Shown here: one piece after another, positions 1 through 14,345 of the stretch
Numbering within the stretch: the first letter of the stretch is position 1
How the letters are laid out: each line of letters starts with the position of its first letter
Source of the DNA: Felis catus
Lineage: Eukaryota
Reading direction: 5' to 3'
DNA: 64,000 nt
Assembly (NCBI RefSeq): GCF_018350175.1
Contig: NC_058368.1
Coordinates: 205,346,001 to 205,410,000, forward strand
Notes under the pieces: model-generated
Seen by the model: the letters and a program-made list of their open reading frames with translations, nothing else
Told to the model about the DNA's origin: nothing
Database searches by the model: none
Program-made: the position numbers and the translations under genes

Positions 1-450
1 AGTCATTTCTCCAAAGAAGACATACAGATGTCCAACAGACACATGAAAAGATGCTCAACATCACTCATCATCGGGGAAATGCAAACCAAAACAACGAGAT
101 ATCACCTCACACCTCTCAGAATGGCTAAAATCAAAAACACAAGAAATAACATGTATTGGTGAGGATGTGAGGAAAAAGGAATCCTCAGGCATTGTTTGTG
201 GAAATGCAAACTGGTGGAAAACAGTCACTGTGGAAAATAGTATGGAGGTTCCTCAAAAAATTAAAAATAAAACGACCCTATGATCTAGTAATCACACTCC
301 TGGGTATTTACCCAAAGAATACAAAAACACTAATCCGAAGGGATATATGCACCCCCACATTTACTGCAGCATTATTTATAATAGCCAAACTCTAGAAGCA
401 GCCCAAGTATCCATCGATAGATAATGGATAAAGAAGATATGGTGTGTATG

Positions 451-488
<38 letters not shown>

Positions 489-905
489 CACATACAATGG
501 AATATTAAGCCATTAAAAAAAAAAACAATGAAATCTTGCCATTTGCAACAACATGGATGGAACTGGAGAGTATAAATGCTAGCAAAATAAGACAGAGAAA
601 GACAAATACCATATAATTTCACTCATATATGGAATTTAAGAAACAAAACAGCAAACAAAGGGAAAAAAGAGAGAGAGAAACCAAAAACAATCTCTTAATT
701 ATAGAGAACTTACAGATGGTTACCAGAGGGGAGGTGGGGGAGAGGATGGGTGAAACAGGTGAAGGGGATTAGGAGCACACTTATCTTGATGAGCACTGAG
801 TAATATACGGAACTGCTGAATCACTATATTGTACACCTGAAACAACAAAACACTGTACGCTAACTACACTGGAATTAAAATTTAAAATGTTTAAATTAAA
901 AAAAA
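1..905 (+). mobile_element. L1 (carnivore-type) ORF2 end and 3'UTR, cut by the window edge
   Basis: ORF 192..395 (SLWKIVWRFLKKLKIKRPYD) is the L1 ORF2 C-terminus; A-rich tail; internal (TG)n at ~442-485. Confidence 0.9.
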
Positions 906-1584
906 GAAGAGGAAAGAAATGAGGTTGGTTAATACACTTAGAAGAGACTTCAAGCAGGATAAAGGTACCATGCTACCTGAATCCTGTGTTACACAATGTT
1001 CCTATGTTCTCTTTGTCTTTCCCCCCCCCACCCCCCCGCCACCCACCATTATGTCCCTCCCCCAACCTCTCTTTCTTCCCCTCCCTCCCCTCTCACTTGC
1101 TGGCTTGCTACCCCCCTCTCATTCTTTGTTATATCAGCCTTCTCTGCTTACAATACAGTTATAAGGACCAGAGTTAAAGGTGAGAAAACTGACTCAGCAG
1201 ATGGAAGGTACCTGGAGCCAGCACTCACTTGCTGATTTAGACATCTAGAAGCAAATATTCCTGGTCAGTAGCAGCCCCAGCAAGGGATATTTGTGGCCAA
1301 ATTGGATGTCAATAATGGATGGCCAATTTAAGGACATAACTGTCTTGAATATTCCATACCTCATGAATGTCAAGTGCCTATTTGTTCCTTCCATCCCTCC
1401 CTATATTTGTTCAGTACACATAAACACTACTTAATTTATTTATGCCTAACATGTCCCACAAGTTACATGCTTTAGTTTTAAGAAAGACTATTCTTAAACA
1501 GTGCAGTAAATATAAACACGATTATCAAAATAACTATAATCATTAACACACCAGTGGATTATTCTTGTATTTTAAAAATATTGA

Positions 1585-1770
1585 GGGGCACCTGGGTGGC
1601 TCAGTCGGTTAAGCATCTGACTTCAGTCAGGTTGTGATCTCATGGTTTGTGAGTTCGAGCCCCATGTCCACTGTTAGTACAGAGCCTGCCTGGGATTTTC
1701 TCTCTCCCTCTCTCTGACCCTCCCCCACTTGCTCTCTCTCAAAATAAATAAACTTAAAAAAACAAAAATA
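1585..1770 (+). mobile_element. CAN-SINE
   Basis: ggggcacctgggtggctcagtcggttaag head, (CT)n, aataaa tail. Confidence 0.9.
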
Positions 1771-2394
1771 AAAATGTTAATTGATCACCCATCATGTACT
1801 AATGACTGTTTTGGGTGCTGGAGATAAGACAATCACTAAAAGAAAACTAAAATTCTTACCCTTTCAGAGCTTACATTTTAGTGAAGATGCATGGTTAAGG
1901 AATACTACATCACATGTGCATGGGTATGGATATCTGCATATGCATTTACACAAGTGTATGTGTGAATACTTTTACATGCAAGCACGTGTGTGTTGCACAC
2001 ACTTAAATTTTTATTAACCCAGTTTGACAAGTACAAAGTGACAAGTCTAGCAAGTATTTGGGCATTGAGGCTAACAATGAATTACATTATACTTTCTCAG
2101 TGTGCTGTGTTCAAATGAATATAGAATACATGAGTGTGAGTACTGGCTCTGTCACTTACTATCTGGGTGTCTACGGACAAATCACTTAATCTTGATGAAC
2201 CTTGCACCGTGTATATACAGTATCTCTAAAGGCTTAATGAGATAAAATGAGGAACATGGTGGATACACTAGAAAACCATGCACAAATATAAGGGATTCTT
2301 CCATAGTATTACCCTGACTTTGTGAAGTAAGTAGTACTGATATTTATTGATATTTAGTGGTGATTTTTTTCCTATGGTCCCAAACTAGTAGGTT

Positions 2395-2434
<40 letters not shown>

Positions 2435-3601
2435 TATACTCTACTTTCTAGGTTTAAATTTATATTTTTCTGTACCCAAATCTTCAGGTTTAATTCTCTG
2501 CTCTTTAATAAAGATATGAAAACACATGGAAGTGCAGGTGGTAAAATTACATAAAGAAATGTATCATTTTGCTTCATTAAGTCCCACTTCTGGTTTTCAT
2601 CAATAGTTGGTAACCACCAAAGTTGCAATGAAAATTACTAAACCTGTGCTCACTCTATCTTCTCAACTTCACTCCTCCATTCCATTTTCCCCACATTCTC
2701 CTATAACCTTTCTATTTGAAACCTGTAAGAATGCTGTGCTCCATACTGAAAATTTTTAGCAACCCCAGGATTTACTTGCATCATTGCGTAAAAAGGCATA
2801 ACCTTTTGGTGCCACATAAATGACAGCAAGCAAAGCAGTACTGTCTTAATTCATTAGCATTCACTTTGCAACACTAGACTCCCAATTAAGAGCTTCATAA
2901 GTATTCATATTTATTCAGGCTATTCTACACTGCATTTGCTATATTTGGTTAGAAACATTTAGACACATTAACTGTTCTTCCAGTCAGAACAAATACTTCC
3001 TGTATTTGTGGATAAGCCAATTGATAACTGTCCTTTGTCAAGAGCAAAATACAAAAACATATTCTGTTCCCATTTTCAATTTTCCTTTATTTCCTTACAT
3101 AAGTCATTGTATTTAGATTAGACAAAGAAAAGTGATTATTCTAAGAGTGAACTTTTGAATTGGTATTGTTAGCTTCTTCCAGTGAGGATAACATCCTCAA
3201 GTTATGCTGGTAAATACATTATAGAAAAGTTTGCACCTATGATAAAGAAAGTGATCAGATGAGGGAAGGGTGACTTGAAGCTTCACCACCTGAATAATGG
3301 TTGAAGAGCTGATGGATGATTACTTCAGAAGAAGGATTTTATGGGCTGGGGAACAGCTTTTGTTAGAACATAAGAGAGAAGTTTGATTTACCCTATGTTG
3401 TCTCAAAAGACACAACCAGGACCGATATGTAGAAATTAAAAGAAATTTTAGTTCAAAAAAGGAAGACCTGATCAACAATTATATTTATTAAAAACAACAT
3501 GATTTGGAATTCCACAGGGCAGTGGGGCCACCACTAGAATATTCACATGTATTCTGAATACCATACAGATCAGAGACAATGAATAAAACCCCTGATCACC
3601 C

Positions 3602-3810
3602 AGTGCGCCTGTGTGGCTCAGTCGGAAAGCAACTGGTTCTTGATTTCAGCTCAGTTTGTCATGATCTCACAGTTCGTGGGATTGAGCCCCATTTTGGGCT
3701 CCACACTGTCAGTACAGGGCCTTCTTGGGATTCTCTCTCTCCCTCTCTCTGCCCCTCCCCCACTAGCACTCATGTACTCTCTCTCAAAATAAATAAACCA
3801 AAAAAAAAAC
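3602..3810 (+). mobile_element. CAN-SINE
   Basis: Diverged tRNA-like head, (CT)n, poly(A). Confidence 0.85.
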
Positions 3811-5226
3811 CACCCTCTGATATCCCATGCTTACACCATGACTAAAACAGAATAATACTTCAATTTCAATGTAACTAAGGTAAACATTCAGAAGCCAGAA
3901 GAACCACCTCTGGAGTCCCCTGTAGAGCAGCAAGTAGGTACTTGACATGTGGAATACAGACATAATCATCTTCCAAAAGATGAAGCCCCACCTCAAGGCA
4001 GAAATGCTGAAAATAAATCTGCTATCTGGATGTTCAGAGTTCTGGTTATGGAGAACTGAAAGGGAGGGCCTTGAAAGTGGATGCAATCAGCTTGGGAGTT
4101 GCACCCCTTCTCAAGAAGAGTGGAACAACTTGGAAGTGGGAATGGCCTTGTATTCTCATGGATTTGGGGAATAGGGGAAAGAAGGAAATAAGTAGTAGAA
4201 AGTAAAGGTTTTACAAAAACAAAATAGAAACATCAGAAGGCAGCATTATCCTCTCTCCCTTGGCCACAAAAGAATGTAGTAGACATTAAGTTAAGAACCT
4301 GCACTTCATCATACCAACAGAAGAGGGGACTCTTGTGCTAACAAATCTAAAAAGTCACCAAACTTAAAACTTGCTGGCCTAGGAAAATGTAAGACATTCC
4401 AAAATTAACAGAAAATAGAAGACATCATCCATACTAAAGGTTATTGTAACAGAAAAAAAAAAAGAAAATAAAACATTTTAGATGAAAATAATTCCCCAAA
4501 ACAACCACAAAACAGAAAAAGTGTAACCAAAATATGCCAGTCTAAATTAAATACCCTTAAACAACCATTTTCTGTTAAAAAAAAAAAAACCTCAAAGAAC
4601 ATATTTATTTAACATATTTATTTATTTGATTAAATAAAAATCAACATAAAAACAGGAAGGTGTAAAATGAGAGTTGACTGAACTCAGAAACGAAATTGAA
4701 AATAAAGAAAAAATCACCTATAAAGTAAAAGACCAAATTGGAAGACATCACAGGAAATATAGATTAGATTGAGGATGTATTAAGGGACATAAGCAAAAAT
4801 TAAAACAAATGAAATAAATAAAATAACATAGATAAAAAGGATCAAAAGGATAGAGAAGATGGGAAAGAAATCTAAAGATCATTAATGAAAATAACAGTAC
4901 CAAGATGACCATAGAAACAAAAACATAAACACAGAACATGTAAAATACATAATATTTAATATATAACATATAATATTAAAAGTATTAAATAAGGAACATT
5001 AAAAATATATAGACAACATAGAAAAGAAATGCAATAAATATATAACACACAGTAAATATTACTTAAATATATAATAATTAAATCAATAAATAAAAATGAA
5101 CTAATCATCTATTAAATAAAAAGCATTTTCAGATTGGCTTATGTAGCAAAACCCAACCGCTAAACAAACCCAAGGGTTAAATAAACAGACACACTTAACA
5201 CAAACAGATTCAGAAAAGCTAGACCA

Positions 5227-5456
5227 GGGGCACCTGGGTGGCTCAGTGAGTTGAGCGTCCAACTTTAGCTCAGGTCATAATCTCACGGCTGGTGGGTTTG
5301 AGCCCTACATCGGACTCTGTGCTGACAGCTCAGAGCCTGGAGCCTGCTTTGGATTCTGTGTCTCCCTCTCCCTCTGCCCCTCCCTCGCTCATGCTGTCTC
5401 TCTCTGCCTCTTAAAAATGTATAAACGTTAAAAAAAATAATAATTAAAAAAAAAAA
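5227..5456 (+). mobile_element. CAN-SINE with TSD agaaaagctagacca
   Basis: Full head, body and tail; flanking direct repeat. Confidence 0.92.
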
Positions 5457-8316
5457 AGAAAAGCTAGACCAGATAAATCCAAGTGAATAAGAAATTTTGA
5501 CATTCCACACAGGATACTTTAGGCTTAAAAATATTAAATAAGACAAGAAGCTTACTTCATAATGCTAAAGGATCTAATTCACAGTGAAGAAACAATGACT
5601 ATCAATATATATTCACCATATAATGCAGTAACTTCCTTAACAACGTAAAAATTACAGAAAACACAAGACAAAACTATAATAATAATGGGTTTGATACTTC
5701 ACTCTCACTGAAAAAAAAAGATCAAAAAAAGAATAAAAAACATTAAAATATAGATAACATTAAATAAAGTTAATAATGTTTAAATAAACATTAAAGATAA
5801 AGTGGATCTTACTGACACATGTAAAAAAAGAACATACTTTCTTCTCAATACACATAAAGCATTCAGTAAATTTGACCACCTATAAGCTCACCAAAAACTG
5901 TTGTACATTTCATAAAATGAAATTAATATCACATTCTCTGATTATAAAATAACTAGAAATTAATTAAAAACAGAAAACAAAGACTTTTCAATGAAATACC
6001 CTTCAATAAAAATGTTTAAACCTTCTATTAAACAATTCTTTAAAAATACAGAAATAAAAATCTAAATTTCTAAAGAAGCATAATAAAATCTCTACATTAA
6101 AGAATCTATGGAATACAATAAAAGCAGTGACAGAAGAAAATGTATAGCCTTAAACACTTAAATCAATAAGCGAAAATAATCAAATGAAAGAATAAATGAA
6201 AGAATAAAAATAATCAAATTCCCAACAAAGAAAGTTAGAATAAGTACAGTAAAATAAACCTGAAGTATAAGAACAAAAATAACAGCAGATATTAATGAGG
6301 TATAAAAAAGGGTAACAAAATGCTGCATAAATCAAAATACTAGTTCTTGAAAAAATAAGCAATAATACAAAGTATTAACTCTTCAAGGAGGTGGGGGGGT
6401 GGGTAGGAGAAAGCATACAAATACAAAATAAGGCATGATAAGGAAAAATTTATCTTGAAACAGGATTTATTTTAAAATCATAAGACATAGTTTATAAATA
6501 CCTATGCAAATAAACTGGAAAAAATCTAGATAAAATAAATAATTTCTTAGGAAAAACGGAATCCTATAGAGAAAGATTAAACAAACCAATTTCCATAGAA
6601 TAAGTAGAGAACATTAGCAAAAAACTTTACTGTAATAAAGGAATCAGAACCAGATGTTTTCACAGAATAATTCTACCAAAATATCAAAATCACATGTTCT
6701 CTCAATACTACCTAAACTGTCTCAGAGAATAGAAAAAAGAAAAATTTTATAATTATTTTTATGAAGCAGGTATAACACTAATACATCAACTTAATAAAGA
6801 TATTATATATTTTTTAAATTCTTATGAATTCATTTCTAAATATTGAAGCAAAAAACTAATCCTAAACAAATATTAGCAAAAGATATTAACACAATATGGA
6901 AATAACACAGTATGAGGCAAGAGAGATTTATCCCAAAATTGTAAGGATGGTTCAATATTTAATTCATTTCACCCTGTAAGTAATTTAAGAAGAATCATAT
7001 GATTATCACCATAGAAACTAAAAAGGCCTCTGACAAAATTTGACACCTATCCCTCATTTTTAAAAAGCACTTAATAAAATAATATTTTTTGCATATGTTC
7101 TTAACACGATTATTAAACATCACTCCCAAAGCCAGTATCTTACATAATGGGAAACTTCTGACAAGAAGCATTCCCACCAGGATGAGGAACAAGGTAAGGA
7201 AGAACGTCCATTGTCTTAGTATTATTTAACATTATACTGGCAGTATTAGCAATGCAAAAGCAAATAGAAGATTAAGCATTGTAAAAAAAAGTAAAACTTC
7301 CTGTTTGCAGATCATATAACTGTAAATCTGGAAAATCCAAGGAATTATTAATAAGAAACTAAGTCAAATAATAAAGTATAAGGATATCAATTTAATACAC
7401 AAAATCAACAATTTTCATATATACAAATAATCATGTAGAAGACATAATGTTATAATAGCAACAATAAAGATAAAATTATTAAAAATAAACTTAACAAGAA
7501 ATGTGCAAAATGTACCTAGGGAAAATTTAAAAACACACCTGTTTTGAATAAATGGAAACACATCTATTTTCTTGGAAAGGAGACAACATCCTATGTAGTT
7601 TCTCTCCAAAGTATTACATAATACAAAGTATTACATATGTGTAATGTACATGTGTGTGTGTGTATACATCCCATTCCCAATATACAAGGTTTTTTGGGGT
7701 TTGTTTAACAAAGATAATATTAAAGGTTATATGAACAGTAAGTATTTAAGAATATTTTGGAAAACCTTTCAAAAGAGAAATGATGAAGCCATGCCCTATC
7801 AGATATTAGAACACATGAAAAGTCCTTTATAAGTTTAATAGTATGGCATTAGAGCATATAGAGAAGCAGACTGAAAAAACAAAACAGGCCATACTCAATT
7901 ACGTAAAGAAATCTAGTGTTGAATGAGTATGGTAGCTCAAAATACTGAGGAAAATATGGGCACTTTAATAAATTATTATGTAACAATTATATCAATTTAG
8001 AAAAAGATAAAATTGGATTCACACTTCACAATATACTTGAATAAATTCCAAATAGATAGAAGATTTATATGTAAAATATGAAATAACACAAGTACAAGAA
8101 GAAATATGGGTATATTTCTTTATAACCTGTTTGTGGGTAAGGCATTTTTTAACTATGAAACAAAATGTAGATACAAAAAAAAAAGAGTGTTAATAAATTA
8201 GACATTAAAAAGTTTTGCACGGGAAAAATACAAGATCAGAAGACAAATGATAAACTGGGTAAAAACATTTGTATCATCCAAGATTCACCATCCTGATATC
8301 TGAAGAGTCCTTTAAA

Positions 8317-8375
8317 AGCACTGGGTGTTGTATGGAAACCAATCTGACAATAAATTTCATATATTGAAAAAAAAA
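8317..8375 (+). mobile_element. Very short 5'-truncated feline L1 3' end
   Basis: agcactgggtgttgtatggaaaccaatctgacaataaatttcatatattg followed by poly(A). Confidence 0.75.
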
Positions 8376-8719
8376 TTTTTGAGGGAAAAAAAGTCCAATA
8401 GAAAATGGGCAAAAGACATGATCAGAAAGCTCACAGAAAAAATATTCAAATGGTTCTTAAATAATGTTCATAATAACCTAGAAAAATCAGGCTGATTAAT
8501 ACTGGCCTATACAGTTATAATGAATCAAACAATTTATTAGTAGTTCCTATACTTTCTACTTCATTTAGTAATTAGCCTAGATTTTTTACTTAATTACAGG
8601 TTGTTTTCACATCAAAGAAAAAAGCACACATGACCCCAGAATTGGCTACTGACACTCAGGCAACATGTAGTGAAACTATCCAAGAAAAAAATTCAAGAGT
8701 CTAGATGGATGTTTGAAAT

Positions 8720-9720
8720 TTTATTGCCATCCACCCCACGGTTCCATCACCCTCTCTCCCAGTCTTAGCAACCAATGATCTATTTTGTGTCTCTACAAAC
8801 TTGCCTATTCTGAATATTTCATATATATGAACTCATATAATATGTGGTCCTTTGTGAGTGGCTTCTTTCACTTACCATGTTTTTAAATTTTTTTCTTTCA
8901 ACGTTTATTTATTTTGGGGACAGAGAGAGACAGAGCATGAACGGGCGAGGGGCAGACAGAGAGGGAGACACAGAAACGGAAACAGGCTCCAGGCTCTGAG
9001 CCATCAGCCCAGAGCCCGACGCGGGGCTCGAACTCACGGACCGCGAGATCGTGACCTGGCTGAAGTCGGACGCTTAACCGACTACGCCACCCAGGCGCCC
9101 CTCACTTACCATGTTTTTAAGATCCATCCATATTAGCACTCTTTTATTGCTAAATAATATTCCATTGTATGGATATACAGAATTTTATCCATTTATCAGA
9201 TGATGGGTATTTGGATTGTTTTCACTTTTTGACTACTATGAATAATGTTGCTATGAACATTTATATACAAGTTTTTGTATGCACATTTTCATTTCTCTTA
9301 GGTATATACCTAGGACTAAAATTGCTGGTTCATATAGTAACTAACACCAACTTTAACATACTGAGAAACAGCCAAATCATTTTCCAAAGTTATTACGCTA
9401 ACCAAAAAGGTATGTTTTTCTATTTTTACACATCCTCCCTAACCTTGTTAGTATCTGTCTTTTTTATTACAGTCATCCAAGTGGGTGTGAAACGGTATCT
9501 CATTGTGATTTGATTTGTATTTCTTTGATGGCTAATGATGTTGAGTATTTTTTCATATGCTTATTGGTCATTTGTTTATTCTTTGGGAGAAACATCTTTA
9601 GATTCTTTTCTGATTTTTTTTAAACTGAAGTATAGTTGACATATTAGTTTCAGATGCACAACAGTGATTCAACAATTATGTACATTACAAAATGCTCACT
9701 AAGGAAGTATAGTTATCAAG
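8720..9720 (-). mobile_element. Old L1 3' region, minus strand
   Basis: gtatctcattgtgatttgatttgtatttctttgatggctaatgatgttgag is the L1 ORF2 end in reverse; contains a SINE insertion. Confidence 0.75.
8887..9101 (-). mobile_element. Young SINEC_Fc-type SINE with 19-bp TSD
   Basis: CpG-rich; TSD tcacttaccatgtttttaa at 8868-8886 and 9102-9120. Confidence 0.95.
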
Positions 9721-10221
9721 AAAACTACTATGCTTTTAGAATACACTTTAGAAAATGCTACTGAAAATCGAATCTAATCAAAATTGTACAAGTTAAATTC
9801 AAATAGCTGTTTTTGAGAGGGAGGGAACAAATTCTTTCTGTATGAGGCAATCGTGCCACCTTCTGGAAATCTAGAGACAGCACTGTCACATTTTTCAGAA
9901 TTTAATAGTCTTCTGTTATAGCAACATCTGACAAACAAGCTAAGACTTTGTGCTTTACAAGGTAGAAAACAGAAAATAGCCTTCAATGTACTCTGGTGTA
10001 AAACTGATAGTGCTAATCATGGCAAACAGAAAAATTAAGTATTCCTTTGCCAACATTTTAACTAAAATTTCTATAGTTCTGTGGGGAAAAAAATCAAGAG
10101 CCTTACATTCTCCTGGAGTTATTTTACTAGATCTATCTACTGTTACATTTTATAAGCTTTCTTAAGTAAATGGGGATTTTTACAGCAGGTTTTTCTTATG
10201 AGACTAAAAATAAAAACTCAA

Positions 10222-10405
10222 GGACCCTTGGGTGGCTCAGTCGGTTAAGCATCCAATTCAGCTCAGGTCATGATTTCACGGTTCTTGAGTTCGAGCCCCG
10301 CATTGGGCTTTGTGCTGACAGCTCAGAACCTGGAGCCTGCTTTAGATTCTGTGTCTCCCTCTCTCTCTCTCTCAAAAATAAACACTAAAATTTTTTTTAA
10401 ATAAA
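10222..10405 (+). mobile_element. CAN-SINE
   Basis: Head and body motifs; flanking aaaaataaaaactc repeat. Confidence 0.88.
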
Positions 10406-10769
10406 TAAAAATAAAAACTCGTTTTGATAATGGTGTTGTGCTGTACATCGAAACTTATTTATTGGACAAACTATTTTAGAGCACTTTTTTGTACAACTGA
10501 CAGTCTTTAGTGCTTCAAAATATTAATTTATTTAAGTCTTTTAAGAACTTTATGAAGTAGGTATTATCTTCATTTTACAATTAGGGAAACTCAGCCATAT
10601 AGAAGAAATGTGCCCAAGATCACACAGTAATATAGTTAGGGTGTGAACTCAGACCAATCTGGTTTTAAGGTCTATGCACTTCATGACTTAGTTATGCTAC
10701 TTCTAACATTCTTATACAACTGTGTAGAAAGAATAATCAACTGTAATATTTTAAATTTAAATATATTTA

Positions 10770-11013
10770 GGGGCGCCTGGGTGGCGCAGTCGGTTAAGCG
10801 TCCGACTTCAGCCAGGTCACGATCTCGCGGTCCATGAGTTCGAGCCCCGCGTCAGGCTCTGGGCTGATGGCTCAAGAGCCTGGAGCCTGTTTCCGATTCT
10901 GTGTCTCCCTCTCTCTCTGCCCCTCCCCCATTCATGCTCTGTCTCTCTCTGTCCCAAAAAATAAATAAACGTTGAAAAAAAAAATTTTTTTTTAAAATAA
11001 ATAAATAAATAAA
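10770..11013 (+). mobile_element. Young SINEC_Fc-type SINE with 18-bp TSD
   Basis: ggggcgcctgggtggcgcagtcggttaagcgtccgacttcagccagg; TSD taaatttaaatatattta at 10752-10769 and 11014-11031. Confidence 0.95.
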
Positions 11014-11611
11014 TAAATTTAAATATATTTAATTTGTTGAGACTGTAGCAAGGGTCAGATCTGAAATGTTATGAAAAGTTGCTGAGGACCTCTTCCAAGG
11101 ATCAAAGAATGTGAAGGCAAATATAATTTCCTTGAGAGGAAAAAAAAAAAAAAGTCCTCATACTTTATAGTAAAAATGAAATAATACAGAAAATCAAGGG
11201 GAAATAAGACATGAGAACTCTTCTCAATGTATAGTAATGATCAATATAGTCCAGCTACTGTGTATACATAATGCTAGAAACTTTTTGACAAATAAACACT
11301 GATCTAGAAATTATACGGTGTTTAAGAGACAGTATAAAAACCGCTAAGAATTTTGCTTACTTTCAGATAGAATGTAGGTCACAAATGATCGTTACAGCAA
11401 TAAGAAAACAGAATAAAATGAAAATTATACTTTAAGCCATCAAAGAGCAGTAAGTACAAAAAGTCTAAATAAATTCCAAGGATAAAACAGGTCTCGTTAG
11501 TGCTCAAAGAACTGTTGCTCTTATGGGACCAACTGCCTATTCTGGGTACGTGTGGATGGAACAGCAGGTCTGTCATAAATTTTGCTGGATAAGAAAAATA
11601 CCACTGACACT

Positions 11612-11804
11612 TTTTTTAAATATTTATTTTTGACAGAGAGAAAACACAAGTGGGGGAGGGGGATAGAGAGAGGGAGACAGAGAATCCCAAGCAGGCTCCA
11701 CACTGTCAACACAAAGCCCAATGTGGGACTCAAACCCGTAAACTGCAAGATCATGGCCTGAACTGAAGTCCGATGCTCAACCGACTGAGCCATCTAAGCA
11801 CCTC
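11612..11804 (-). mobile_element. CAN-SINE
   Basis: Reverse SINE; flanking cactgacactttt repeat. Confidence 0.88.
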
Positions 11805-12339
11805 CCAACACTGACACTTTTCATGACACTATGTTTGATATACCAAATTGCAAATGTAAGAACTCCAAATGTGAAAATAAACTGTTGAGCCCTCAACAGG
11901 AATTCTGGGAAAAGACAAGAGAGCAGATCTGAAAAGCAGAAAAATGTCTTGATTTTGTTCAGGCCAAGAAAGAAGTCATCTCAGAAAAGAAAACTCCAGG
12001 GGAAAAAAAATCACTAAATTCTCTGTCTATATCTTTGGCTAAACTTTGTGTGAAAGACCAACTTAAGGTGCTCATTTGGAGAAAAAAGATAAACTGAATG
12101 TGGAACTGTTGCCCAAGAAACAGAGTTTGCAATTTACGTTTAACCATGTTAATTGTTTAAACAACAGAAATAACACTTATCAGAAAAAAATAGCAGAAGC
12201 TAGAGTCTCAACAACTTATCATTCATATTAATACAAATTCTGCAAGATACAAAAGAAATGAAAATGGCACCCATTCCTTTAATAAAAGAAAACCAACCTG
12301 TAAAACCAGCCCTTCCAGATATGGAATTGGCAGACAAGA

Positions 12340-12545
12340 TTTTTTTTAAATTTTTCTAAGTTTATTTATTTATTTTGAGAGAGAGAGAGAGTAGGGGAGG
12401 GAAAGAGGGAGAGAGAGAATCCCAAGCAGGCTCCACGCTGTCAACAGAGAGCCAGACACGGGGCTTGAACTCACAAACCATGAGATCATGACCTGAGCCA
12501 AAACCAAGAGTTGGACGCTTAATGACTGAGCCACCCAGGTGCCCC
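12340..12545 (-). mobile_element. CAN-SINE
   Basis: Ends gactgagccacccaggtgcccc on +. Confidence 0.9.
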
Positions 12546-14069
12546 AGACAGGATTTTAAAGGAGCTATTACAACCACTCTCACTGATGTAAAGGAACATA
12601 TGCCCTCAATGAAAAAAAAAAAAAAAAAGGAAATCTGAGAAAAATAGAATTAAAAAAAAAAAAGAACCAAAAGGAAATTATAGAACCAATAAAATAATAA
12701 ATTATAATCAATCACAAGATTGATTTAACAAAACATAGATAAAAATAAGAGTTTGAAAACCTGAAGATAAATCAATTGAAATTATCCAAACTGAATAACA
12801 GAGAAAAAAAAACACCACTGAAAACAATGAGCAAAGCCTCAGAAACAGGTTAAAATAATAACGAATTCTGTTAACGCATGTGTTACACAATATAGACCCA
12901 AGGAGGAAAAATGAATGGGGAGGAAAATATATTTGAAGAAATAGTGACCAAAAATTTCACAAACTTGGTGAATGACATGAATTTCAATATTCAATATGCC
13001 TAGTAACTCCCAAGATGGATAATAATAAACAAGGCCATATCTAGGCACACTGTAGTTAAACTGCTGGAAGCCAAGATAAAAAGTAAACATGAAAGAAGAA
13101 AAAAAAGGGGTAAATTACATGCAAGAGAATAAAAATGCAATTATTAAATAACTTTTTATCAGAAATTACAAAGCTTAGAAGAGAACAAAAAACCATCTTG
13201 AGAGGGCTGAAAAAATAAAAATGTCAACCAAGTATTTTATATATCTTAAAAAAATATAAGACCACTTTCATTATTTTGTAAAATGTTTCTTCTTTTAATT
13301 TCCTTATAATATATATGGACTGGTTTTAGCAAAATCTATTAACACTGTCTTCTGGGATTTATAACATATGCCGGTATAATGCATTTCACAGCTGTAGCAA
13401 AGAGTGGTGAGAAGAATAAAACTTACACAGTTACACCATTTCCACATATTATACAAATTGGAACAATGTTAACTATAAGAAAACTTTCAAAAGCTAAGGA
13501 AATACACTGCAATCACTAGAGCAACCTCTAAAAAATTCAGAGACATGCTAAAAAAAGCTAACAGAAAAACTTAAATTGATTTCTAAAAAATACTGAAATA
13601 TCCAAAACAGAAAGAATAGACACAATAGTAAAGAGGGGATAAACAAATAATAAAATGATAGATCTGAAACCAATCCTATCCATAATTACATTAGATGTAA
13701 ATGACTTAAACATTCTAATTAAAATGTAGGTATTGCCAGAATGGAAAAAGAAAAAGCAAAATTTGCTATATTCTATCTGCAAGAGACACACTTAAAATTT
13801 AAAGACAGATTTAGGTTGAAGGATATACCATGAGAACAGCGTTTCATTTTTTAAATCCTGAAGGGGTTATATTAATATTAGAGAATGGGTTTCAAACCCA
13901 ATGAGTGTTATCGGCAAAAAGACCATTATTAATGATAGAAGGATCGATTCATCAGGAAAATAAAAGTCATATATGTATGTGCACCTTAAACCATCATCAA
14001 AACTCAGTAAGCAAAAGCTGACAGTTAAAAGGAAAAATAGGCAATTCTATAATCATACTTAAGAATTTT

Positions 14070-14182
14070 TTTTCCAATATATGAAATTTATTGTCAAATT
14101 GGTTCCCATACAACACCCAGTGCTCATCCCAAAAGGTGCCCTCCCTCAATACCCATCACCCACCCTCCCCTCCCTCCCATCC
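14070..14182 (-). mobile_element. Short 5'-truncated young feline L1 with 16-bp TSD
   Basis: Reverse L1 3' end flanked by catacttaagaatttt at 14054-14069 and 14183-14198. Confidence 0.85.
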
Positions 14183-14239
14183 CATACTTAAGAATTTTAA
14201 TGACTACTGGTAACTGATACAACTATATAAAAATCAATA

Positions 14240-14345
14240 TGGGGCACCCTTTGGCTCAGTCAGTGGAGCATGTGACTCCTGATCTCAGTTTAGCAGGTTT
14301 GAGCCCCATGTTGCATGTAGAGATTAAACATAAAATCTTTAAGAA
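14240..14345 (+). mobile_element. Short older CAN-SINE
   Basis: ggggcaccctttggctcagtcagtggagcatgtgactc...gtagagatta. Confidence 0.75.

Larger units (their letters stand above)
4420..8460 (+). mobile_element. Old, degraded L1 (L1M-type) ORF1/ORF2 remnants
   Basis: A-rich with L1 ORF2-like motifs (accagatgttttcacagaataattctaccaa; ggatggttcaatat; aaaatgggcaaaagacatga); interrupted by a SINE and a short young L1. Confidence 0.7.

Noticed and set aside
10770..10850. tRNA-like A-box/B-box sequences
   Set aside because: These are tRNA-derived SINE heads followed by SINE body and A-tail, not tRNA genes.
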